Assembly (NCBI GenBank): GCA_051362555.1
Contig: CM120646.1
Location: 22,072,001 to 22,136,000, forward strand
Source: Lingula anatina
Lineage: Eukaryota > Animalia > Brachiopoda
DNA length: 64,000 bases
Direction: 5' to 3'
In this document: positions 12,589 to 24,093 of the stretch, piece by piece
Layout of the letters: every line of letters begins with the position of its first letter
How positions within the stretch are numbered: the stretch's first letter is position 1
The notes under the pieces: generated by a model
Databases searched by the model: none
What the model was told of the DNA's origin: nothing
What the model saw: the letters and a program-made list of their open reading frames with translations, nothing else
Position numbers and translations under genes: made by a program

Positions 12589-12759
12589 GTATAACATCAT
12601 GCTGTCTTGCTGGGAGGACTTTCCAAGCTCGCGACCTTCATTCAAAGCAAAAACAGCATCCCTGAATGCGATTCTGTGAAGAGACTGCGAAACCTTACCC
12701 TTGGAAAGTTTGAGGAGGAGCTTTATGAAGACAGTTCAGGCTTAATGAGAAATGCTTAA
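12589..12759 (+). pseudogene. Remnant terminal exon of a protein tyrosine kinase domain (subdomain XI and tail)
   Basis: ccag|G TAT; YNIMLSCWEDFPSSRPSF matches the TK YxxMxxCWxxxPxxRPxF motif; TGA at 12677-12679, then LTLGKFEEELYEDSSGLMRNA* in a shifted frame. Confidence 0.8.
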
Positions 12760-14281
12760 AAAATGCTTATACATTTTTCATGGAAATTTCAATTTCAGGC
12801 GTGCTTTTTATTCCCCCGAGGACTGCATTGGCTGACTTAGTAGCCAGAGTGTAGGTAATACACTGCGCCCTGTTTACTTAGGATGTGCCCGAAGTTACAT
12901 ATTACATTACTTGGAAAAAGAAAATATGCATTTAACACTATATATCGCTTATTGCAAATACATGTACTTCTTTTTATCTTTATATGTAGTGAATTTATAT
13001 GTAAAATATATCTAAGCTTTCTTAGATTGGAATTATCGATTTAATTGAATTCAATATGTTTACTGGTGAAAAAAGTTTGTTTATCACAATTATTTGACAT
13101 CAACAAACCTCGAACTTAATGATTTGGTGTAATTCTATACGCGCATGAAAATAATTGTATAGTAATAAGAATTGAGCTTCTTAATTATTGTTTTGAAATG
13201 TGATGATAGAGTATAGGAATGACAAAAACGAAGAAATGGTGTATGTATCAGCAAGAAGCCGGGTAACACTATACACACATTTGCTTGGATTGTAACAAGT
13301 ATTGTGGGAACAAATATTTAATTGGCTGTGGGGAGGTAGGGAGGGGGAAGGGGGCGATGTCTGTTAAAGGCTCTGTCAGAATTAAAGAATTCTTAGATAT
13401 AGTCGGAAAACTTTACCTGATTATACTTGAGGTAATTAATCTAATCAATCTGATAGATAGCATTAAGGTACACCTCCCCTGCCGCCTCCCCCCCTCCCCC
13501 ACCCACGACAACCAACCACATCATATCTCCCGCATAACCAACAGAGGAGGTCATAAAAAGCATGACCATGTGGAGGTATTGCAATCAAGCTCCTCTTTAC
13601 ATGCGGATGCATCAAATTCTTCACAGAATCAAGGTTTAAGATAAACCTAATTAGAATAAGGGCTCATCTCTTGAGGACGTAAACTGTCACCCCACTGGGG
13701 ACACAGGTTGATAAATGAAGTACATAATCATGAGAGCTACCACGTTACATAGCAATGATATGAGGCAATACAGAAAAAACTTCACGTCCTCAGATATCTG
13801 TGGATTAAAATGTAAACAGAAATGCAATATCATACACAACTTGATTAATCTTCCAGTTTCCCTTTAATGTTTAAAATTTGGGAAGGATTGGGTTACCAGT
13901 TAACCTTTCTAACCTTCCAAGTTTAATACAAACACCTGGTTGCACATGAAAATCCAGGTCAAGGTCCACTTGTAAGCAATGGGGCCACTGAACAGATAAT
14001 CAGCAACTGCGTTCAATTAGTCATGTTACATGGCACTGGGCTAGACAATACAGACCCTGAGTCTGTATTTATGTGACGAATTTCTGTACAGTTGCTATCC
14101 AAACACTGATAAGGTTGGGATGACACAAAGTTGACTTTTCTGCGCTTAAATGAGGACACTGCTGATAAATGAATGCAAGAGTTTGCCAATAGGTGTCTCC
14201 CCTACTTTAGTTTTTGGAAGTCTTACCACAGGCAGGTGAGTTAACTTATTTCCAATACAACAGTTTACGGTAATCCTTCGA

Positions 14282-15935
14282 AAAAAGGTTGTCCCACCCC
14301 CATTTCCATGTACTTTTATTTACAAATGATCACCTAACAACTGTTAATTGTTAGAAATAGTGCTTTTTATTACGTATACCGTGTCTAACATGATTAATGG
14401 TTTAAAAAATACAAAATAGTGGTGAAAATATATACATTTTATACCATTTAGTAAAATTTATAAGAGGTACCCCCTCAAATCGACTGTTTCACTGTGACTT
14501 CTACAGATGTAAAGAAATGTCTATAAAATTGAAAAGACGCCATCAAATGTCACCAGACTGGCACACAATTAGCATTAGGGTGTGCTCATTAAATATTACG
14601 TGCCTAACAGCGTGTGCGTCTACCGCGTACTGCAATTATCTCCTGTAGACGGCGCGACAAGCCTTCAACACGGGTTACAATTCTGTTTTGTGGGATATTG
14701 TCCCATTCTTCTTCAACAAGTTGGGGGAGTTGGTCCACGTTTTTATGGGGTTAGTTCTTCTTTGCATTGCGCACTCCAATACATGTCACAGTTGATTAGT
14801 AAGTTTGATATCAGGGCTCAAAGATGGTGGTTCCATCCTTAGACCATTATGTTTATTCAACAAACATTTGCCAGGCGAGAGGTGTGAGCAAGTGTGCAGT
14901 CATGATAAAGCCTGGAGTTAACCCCAAAGTCAGTTCTTGAAGATGGAATGAGATATCAGCTGAGAATGTTACGTTCAATGATCCCACAGGCACCTGAACC
15001 TGGCCATCCATCACTGGAAGGAAGTTGATTTTGATGCAGAATCAAATTATTTCTTGTATCCCATCGATGGTCAAAGATGGTCCATAGACATGTTAAAAAA
15101 TGCCTCTTGGAAGGGTGTGTGCAGGATAATATCGCCTGAGGTGTTAGATCAATCCGCATTTGGAGAACATTCCAAGCCCATGGTATTAGTACATTGTTCC
15201 TTTTGGAACAAAACGTAACAGGGGCATTTTGATGTAACATTCTCAACAGAAATCTCACTCCATTTGCAAGAGGTGACTTCAGGGATACTACTGGCTTCAT
15301 TGTGACGACGCACTTGCTCACAGCTCTCGTCTGGCAAACGGTTTGTTGCAGAAACACAGGGCTCTGAGGATGGGACAACCGTCTTTGAGTCCTGATATTA
15401 ATCCTTCTGAGCACCTGTGGCATAAATTGGAATGTGCATTGCAGAGGAGAACCAATTCCTAAATAATCTTGACCAATTCCGCCAGGCTCTTTAGGATGAA
15501 TGGGACAATATCCCACATAACAGAATTGTTACCCATGTTGAAGGCTTGTCGCGCCGTCTACAGGAGATAATTGCAGTACGCGGTAGACGCACACGCTGTT
15601 AGGCATGTGATCTTTAACGAGCACACCCTAATGCTAATTGTGTGTGAATTTGGTGACATTTGATGGCGCCTTTTCAATTGTATAGACATTTCTTTACATC
15701 TGTAGAAGTCACAGTGAAACAGTCGATTTGAGGGGGTACCTCTTATAAATTTTACTAAATGGTATAAAATGTGTATATTTTAACCACTATTTTGTATTTT
15801 TTAAACCATTAATCATGTTAGACACGGTATACTTAATAAAAAGCACTATTTCTAACAATTAACAGCTGTTAGGTGATCATTTGTAAATAAAAGTACATGG
15901 AAATGGGGGTGGGACAACCTTTTTGACCAATGCTG
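14282..15935. mobile_element. Palindromic Tc1/mariner derivative made of two inverted 3' halves
   Basis: ~700-bp inverted arms; the right arm carries decayed SPDINPSEHLW..EWDNIP..LSRRLQEIIAVRGRRTR; the right end is ..CTG|TA. Confidence 0.85.
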
Positions 15936-17844
15936 TATATCGCTAGAAAAACTACAATGTCGTTGTAAATTTCTTTCCTTACCAATTAACATCTGTAAAA
16001 TCTTTAATATGACAAAGCACTAGTTACATTTATATTTGCATCGTTTTATTATGACAAATTATTCAAAACAACTGTATTTTGAAATCAAATGAAAGAGCAT
16101 TACATCCGACCAAATCCCTTGATCTGTGACACTGGCTAAAAGATGATTAATTTCAACTGTGCTGTGCAATGCCAAGCTTTTATCCTTAGTAACTTTTCAA
16201 AACTACTGGAGTTGATATTTCCATCCAAGCAGCCCACCTTTTCTTTTGTCACTTTTCAGGAGCATGGTCTGTGATGTCGTTGAAAATATGACTGAGTAAT
16301 CTAATGACGCAGTTTGTTTATCATATCACCATCTCTTAGGATTTCTACATTTAAATATAAATGGTGAATCCTGTACAAGTGTATGAATCCAGTGATTATA
16401 AAAAGGCATCAGAATAGTCACGTCATTTTCAATGATATCACTTGTGAGCGGATTTTTCAATAAAGTAAGAGTTCATCTGGCCACCATTCATCTTCCCGTG
16501 TTTGCACAGAAACTTCTTATTGATGTGAATGGCCCTGATGGTCGACATAAGGGTACATTTAGCGAAGTGTTTGAACGTAAATGACTGGGTAACATGCGGA
16601 CATGTTCCGATAACCATCCCCAGGCCCCTTTTCCTTTTTCTTGATGGGAGGGATATGGATGTGGATATTACAGGAAAACGGAAATACATGTATGCCAGGA
16701 AGCATCCCAAATGTTGCGGAGAGGTATTTTGCCTCGTTATATTCAAATCACCTCAAAAGAAAAGCAGAAGTGTAAACAATTGTTAAACACAAAGATCAAT
16801 TGGTGAAATTGATCAAAAACAGACATCTTGCAAAAACGTCCCTTTAAGGATCACCAAAATGGTAGGAAAAACATATTGTTCATTTATTTCAGTGAAAGAA
16901 ACATGCAGAATTAACTCCTTATATTTCCAATATACATTCTCAATTTTGTGTTTCAAAAGTCCCAAATTATGCCCACCCTCTGCGTGTTATAATAAACACC
17001 GTGGATTGAATGATGATTAAAACAAAAATATATTTTGTTAGATAATAACAATAAACAAATAGATGACAAAAATGATAAAAAAAACAAAATACCTTACATT
17101 TTCATGTTGTTATTATATGATCCCCCGGCATTAAATTGAAATCGGTTTAAGAAATTACATGAAAATATGTTGTGGAAGACCATTCAATAGAAAAATTAGT
17201 ACTGGTAGACCAAACAAAGTAACAGTTATTCAAAAATTCAGGTATAACAAAAAGTCGCTCTGTTCGCAAAGAAACATTTTGTTCTGTCCTCTTACATGTT
17301 ATTACAAACGTACCCCAAGTTATTGCATGCATCCAAAATGGCTTAGCAATAATGACTAGAAACCTGACTTTTCCTTCCACGAACCTGAAAATAAAGAAAT
17401 AAAAAGCCATGAGATATAGGAAATATCACCTACCTAGAAGTAGCGAGAGTGCGTAATTTCGGTTTGTCTCTATTCTAAAATGTCCGAAAATAAACCATTT
17501 TCGGGACTTTTACAGTTATGCAAAACGTGCGAAAAAAACTTCGTTGCTTCAAAAATAAAAAAAATGAAAATATCTTTGTAAGCTTCTATCATGTTTCCAC
17601 TGAAAAACTGAAATTTCTGGGATTTAAAATGTTAAAATTGTGTACAGACCAGTACAGTAAGGGAAGACAAAGGGTTTAGCAATAATGATATAAAAGCATA
17701 CCCTGCCTCTTGTCATTAACCAGGCTGTTAATAGTTATTTTATCAGATTATACTATTTTATCTGTCTTTGTCAAGCTCTAATTTTGCACATGATCTGAAG
17801 ACACCCATCCTTTAATGATATTTTGTGTAAACATTCTGATATGT

Positions 17845-20800
17845 TCATGGATTGTTCAAATCCTGTAGCCGCGACTTAATTATCATTCTGGTAAACATGT
17901 AAAACCAGTACTACCTGTACCATGCGGGAGGTCAGGACCCGTAAGCTTTGAACAGCAACCTGACTAGGAGTTAGGATAACTCTACACAAAAAAACCCTAC
18001 TGCCTTAGTAGCAAAAATCCAGCCGGATCATAAGGCTAGCGGAGGAAAAACCGTATACAAACATAGGGCAGGCAAAGCTCTTTAGTGTGTTCACACAAGT
18101 TTGCCTAGGAATGGTGTTGCCAACTTCAACACCCTCTCCCAACCCGCAATGGCCAGCGTGGGATGAGTAGGCCTAAAATCCAGCATGAAACAACCAACAA
18201 ACACACCAGTACCCAGCCGCACAAACGCCCTGAACTTAGGAGGTGATCCTGGTTCAGACCAGCAGAGTGCAGGAGGTGCTAAGAATCTCTAGGGCAGCAA
18301 GGATCACCGAACATCAAGACCAGAGAAAATTTTCAACATCATTACTTACAACATTAGAACTCTGAAGAACAATGAAAGACTTGCAGAATTGGAAACTGAA
18401 CTCCAGGACACCGGAGTTAAATGGCATGTGATAGGCTTGTCAGAAGTTAGGCGAGCGGAAGAACGCTTAATTACCTTGAATAGCGGACATATATTGTACC
18501 ATACAAATGCTTCAAATGGCCAACAAGGAGTTGGATTTCTGATACACAAGGCGCTAAGCAAGAACATCATCGAGGTAAAGCAAATTAGCGCAAGGGTGGC
18601 TACAGTCAAGCTCAAAGTGAATCAGAGATTCTCAATGAAACTCATTCAGGTATATGCACCAACATCAAGCAGACCAGATGAAGAAGTAGAACAACTGTAT
18701 GAAGAAGTACAGCGTCAGTTGACAACAGACTGCCACTACCACATAGTCATGGGTGATTTCAACGCCAAGATCGGGATAAAGTCAGACGAACAAGAGCGTG
18801 CCACAGGGAAATTTGGCAGCGGAGAGAGGAATGAAAGAGGAGACTTACTGATTGAATGGGCGACAGCAAATAACTTGAAGATCATGAATACCGTCTACAA
18901 GAAGAAGATATCAAGAAGATGGACATGGCAAAGCCCAGATGGATGTACAAGAAACGAAATTGATTACATCATGACAAACAGACCGAACATCTTCACGGAT
19001 GTGAAAGTGCTAAACAGACTGGATGCGGGCAGTGACCATAGAGCAGTTATGGGAGTGATGAGGATCAATGTCAGGAAGGACAGACAGAAATGCCTGTCAA
19101 ATCCATCAAAGAGACATAGTATCGAGCAACTGGTCATAAAGAAAGACGAGTTCCAAATCCTCCTAACGAACAGATTCAGTGCACTAGAGCTAGAAGGTGA
19201 AGATGGAGTAGATGAAATGAACGATAGAATAACGACCACCATCCTAGAATGTGCATCAGAAGTCGCACCGGCCAGTAAAATGAAGGACTCAAAGCTCTCA
19301 ACAGAAACGAGGATTCTCATGAAGAAAAGACGGATGATGAAGAAAACGGAGGTAAACAACAACAGGGACATCAGAAACAACATCGAATATGCAGAACTGG
19401 ATAAGACCATCAAGAAGAAGGCAAGGGAAGACATCAGGAAGCAGAACATGAAGAAGATAGCAAAGACCATCGAAAATGGAAAGAGCATGAAAAGAGCAAA
19501 GAGATCCTTTCAACTAGGGCAGGATAGAATGCTGACTCTTCTAGACAAAGATGAAAATGAGCTCACCACACAAGACCAAATATTAGAACGAGTAGAAGAA
19601 TTCTATGGAGAGTTGTATGACAGCAACAAGGGAATAGAAATCTCAACAAAGGCATGCGATCTACCAGACATAACAGCTTGGGAAGTAGAGTCAGCAGTCC
19701 AGAAAATGAAGAACGGAAAGGCAGCAGGAAATGACAACATCAAAGCAGAAATGGTAAAAGCAGGAGGAGATATCCTATCTCAGGAATTAGCCGGGGCTCT
19801 TCACAAAGTGCTTACATTTGAAGGAAATTCCTGTAGCATGGAAGAACGCCAACATGATCATAATGTTCAAAAAGGGCAATAGGAAAGACGCCAAGAATTA
19901 CAGACCCATCTGCCTACTTTCTAATTTGTACAAGATTTACACGAAAATATTGACCGAAAGGCTAACAAGACAACTAGATGAAGCGCAGCCAAAGGAGCAA
20001 GCAGGTTTCAGAGGCCAGTACACCACTACTGATCATATGCACACTGTCAACCAGCTCAAAGAGAAATGTCTCGAGTATAACATTCCACTATGTGTAGCAT
20101 TCGTTGATTATGAAAAAGCCTTCGACTCAGTAGAAACCCAGTATATACTGGCATCCCTGCAAGATCTAGGGATCGAAGATGGATACGTAGACGTCCTCAG
20201 AGACATATACACCAATAGCTCTGTAACAGTCAAACTACACAAGACCACCAATAAGATCAGGATCAAGAAAGGTGTACGCCAAGGAGATACAATCTCTCCT
20301 AAACTGTTCACAGCAGCATTGGAACGTATATTCAGGGATCTAGACTGGCAAGACAAGGGCATAAACATAGACGGTACCAGGCTCAATCACCTTAGGTTTG
20401 CAGACGACATCATAATAGTAGCAGATGATGCAAAAGACCTAGAAGAAATGCTACAGGCGTTAGCAGATGAAAGCGCAAAAAGTGGGCTAAAGATGAACAC
20501 CAGCAAGACAAAGGTGATGTTTGGACCACTAACCACCCCTTGCACAGTGAAAGTCAACACCAAAGAGATAGAAGCAGTGGAAGAGTATATATACCTTGGG
20601 CAACGGTTCAGCCTTAATGATCGAACACTGGAGAAAGAAATCCAACGAAGGATAAAAGCAGGATGGGCAGCATATGGGAAGCACAATGACATCTTCAAGA
20701 GCAACCTTCCTACCTGCCTGAAAAAGAAAGTGTTCAATGCTTGTGTGCTGCCGGCAATCACCTATGGTTCAGAGACCTGGGCACTGAATGCCTCCATGGA

Positions 20801-21206
20801 ACACAAGCTACAAGTAGCTCAGAGAAAGATGGAAAGAATTATGTTGAACATCAATCCAAGAGAGCGGAAAACGAATGTATGGTTACGTGAACAGACCAAA
20901 GTCAAGGACGTACTACTCACAGTTAAAGAAATGAAATGGAGGTGGGCAGGACATGTCAAAATAATGAAGGACAATAGGTGGACAATCAGGCTTACAGAAT
21001 GAACCCCAAGGTATGGACAAAGAAAAAGAGGAAGGCCGGTCAAACGATCGAGGGATGAATTAGATGACTACTGGAAATCTTGGAAGAAGAAACCTTGGCC
21101 AAACTGGAAATCTGAGGCTCAGGATAGGAAACAATGGAAAAAGCATGCTGAGGCCTTTGTCCAACAGTGGAACACTATAGGCTCTAAATGATGATGATAA
21201 ATGATG
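17845..21206 (+). mobile_element. Full-length RTE-clade non-LTR retrotransposon (APE endonuclease + RT), disrupted
   Basis: 12-bp TSD ATTCTGATATGT (17833-17844, 21207-21218); (ATG)n tail; motifs GLSEVR, YAPT, MGDFNA, SDH, QGDTISP, LRFADD. Confidence 0.95.
18346..21002 (+). pseudogene. RTE endonuclease-reverse transcriptase ORF, frameshifted
   Basis: ORFs 18389-19882 and 19818-21002 join across an extra G near 19795; premature TGA at 21000-21002. Confidence 0.9.
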
Positions 21207-22559
21207 ATTCTGATATGTGAGGTCCCAAGTTATAAATATCTTATTAGCCAAAACGATATCATCAGGTCAGTTTACGTCGTTCTGAATCTTAACCAATTAC
21301 ATTCCTATTGAAGGGGCCACTACGTGCTCACCAGGTATAATACTTTTTTAATTAGACCTATTTAATTTGAATCTTTGTCAAACTAACACTGTATGGATGT
21401 TTAGATTTTTTTAAATATATTTATTCAGCAACGTGACTTAAAAATAAATATACTGCATGAAGATAATTATCAGGTAAGAACATTTGCGTATTACTGCGTT
21501 AGGAACTGTTCTTTAACTATTATCTATTCTTAGGTCTCACTTTTTACACTACTCACACTTTTCACACTCCGCCCTCAGACCCTACAGACAGTATAGAATT
21601 TTTAACAATCAGTCCAGGATATAATGCTGGTGCATTTAAACAAAATATGATTCAACTTTAAATAAAGTTTTTTAGATTCTAGTCATTTTATTCCTACATG
21701 TATATTTTAACCTGAACACATTTTAGAATGATTTGATTAATAATATTATGGCGATTGTATTATGTAACTTGACTATGTAAATTATTTTTGCAATTTTATG
21801 TATGTGCTTTTTTTAAGTCCTTCACCCTTGAGGTGGTACAGTAATAGGTAAAAAAATGAAGAAATAAATAAATGACCTGTTTTATTTTTTTACGGGAATT
21901 GTGCGAGCAATTTTTGCAAGTCTGCGGGCGTCTCTGATTGCTATCTACAGTACTTCATATATTTACGTTGACTTTCAAATGACCCACCATCACTGTCGAA
22001 TTCAAATACATGCTGTGATGACAGTTTCACGCATTTGATTAATCAGCCCCCCGCAAAACCCGTACGTATCAGACGAGAACACCTTGTTGATTTGCGAGAC
22101 TCGTGATAACATCTTATTGGAGATTCTTAGCGGCAGGTGCGACAGTTCTAGATGTTAACGATCTTACGAGCATGTCAGCCCATACTTGATATAGATTTTT
22201 TTGAAATGGTGCAAAAGCTGTGATTCATCGAATTGTATAACTTAAAGAAAATTCCATTAACGGAAAATTTAAAATTTCGCAAAGATTGCGTCATCGAAAA
22301 GATCGAAGGATTACCGTAGGTTCATATTTACTACAATCAGAAATTGGATTTCTACCTGGTCTGTTCCACAACTAGCGTCAGCAGGTATATCACTTTGATG
22401 TGGCAATATTTGCTACTATGTCCTTATTATCAGTCTTATGTACACCAATTTATCATTGAGCTGAATACCGTGTAGTGTAAGATCTGTGCACATTGCCTCC
22501 TTTTTATTACCTCTACACAGCTTGGGGTCTCTGCAGCAATTTCAAAGGGATTTATATTA

Positions 22560-22595
<36 letters not shown>

Positions 22596-22709
22596 AATAA
22601 AAAAATAACCAAATCACTCCTTTAGTTAATCAAACATGAGAAATGAAGTTAAAAGCAGATGGAATTTTGGTAAAGAGCCCTTTCCAGGCAAAAGGATATA
22701 TCTCTGCTC

Positions 22710-22741
<32 letters not shown>

Positions 22742-22759
22742 AAAATATGTACATTTCCT

Positions 22760-24093
22760 ATTATGAGGTTTCTCTTTTACATTCTATTTTGTGATTCACC
22801 AACCCTGAGTCGTTCTTTTAGCCTTCTTTCCTATTTAAGAGATCTCTCAAGGGAGGATAAGGGGAGTAAGCAGAAATATTATATTAGCAGACAAATATGT
22901 CAAAGGTTAAGATACGGTGTTCATGTCTGTGTTTAAATTTTGGTATCAAGAGGTACAAGCTCATCCTGCTAGACACCCTATCAGTCCAATAAACTGTGGT
23001 TTATAAACTTGTGTTATATGTCCATATCAGCAACATAGGGCATTTTGTTCTTATCAGCCATTCAAAGGGGGGGGGAGTGATGTGATATTATATGAAGGTA
23101 TTCAAAATTGGAATCCGTAGGCCTGCAGGTATTACACATTAAGCATTCAAGTGGGTCGGCCATTCCTAGTGAAACCGTTCTACATAGATCGATCCAACTC
23201 CACAGGGACTTTCACTGAATGCAATCAGCTTAACAGATTAACACACCTTTTCTTGTTTCCAGCATTCTCCAATAAATCACCAGCTTTTCTGTACTGAGTA
23301 TTCTCCTCAAGGAGAAGGAGGAGACATAGCATTCCTTGTTAGGGTTATGAACTGGTGAATAATGTACAGATTGTAATATATCAGCTTGCTGGGAAAATGC
23401 ATCTGGAATGTGGGAAATCGTAGAATGATGGGGCCGTAATATAATGGCCAACATAATATCTAGGCATGAAATCAGGTAGTTGAGAGACAAGGTGGTGTAG
23501 AGAGTTCAAGTGGTTTATATTGGGTGGCAACAGGCGAGAATGTTTTCAAAATAAGTGGACGTTACCATGTGAGGTGTGGGAAAGGACAGAGGGGGATGGG
23601 TTTAAAACGGCGCAGTTCCAAAAATATTTTCTGACATTCTTCCAATATTCCTTCATTGATCCATCCTTCATTTATGACCGTCTTCCGACAGAAAAAATAA
23701 GATGCCCACCAATGTGAAGAAAAAAAAAATAACCATCTTCCTGAAGAACTAGAAGACTGCTTCATTCTGCCCCTATAAGAACATCACTGTTTCATAATGT
23801 ATTTCTAATTATTACCGTAAGTTTCACTTTTGTATTCTATTTTGTGGATCACCAACCCTGAGCTGTTTTTTCAACCTTCTTTCCTACTTGAAAGATCTCT
23901 CAAGGGAGGAGAAGGGGTGTAAACAGACAGATTTTATTAGCAGACAAATATGTCAAAGGTTAAGATACGGCGTTCATGTCTGTGTTTAAATTTTGGTATC
24001 AAGAGGTATAAGGTCATCCTGGTAGACACCCTATCAGTCCAATAAACTGTGATTTATAAGTGTCATGTGTCCATATCAGCAACATAGGGCATT
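22760..24093 (+). repeat. Pair of ~280-bp diverged direct repeats (about 22760-23045 and 23815-24093)
   Basis: Shared caccaaccctgag..gatctctcaagggagg..agacaccctatcagtccaataaactgtg..catagggcattt. Confidence 0.85.

Noticed and set aside
18346-21251. Several minus-strand ORFs
   Set aside because: Antisense shadows of the RTE ORF
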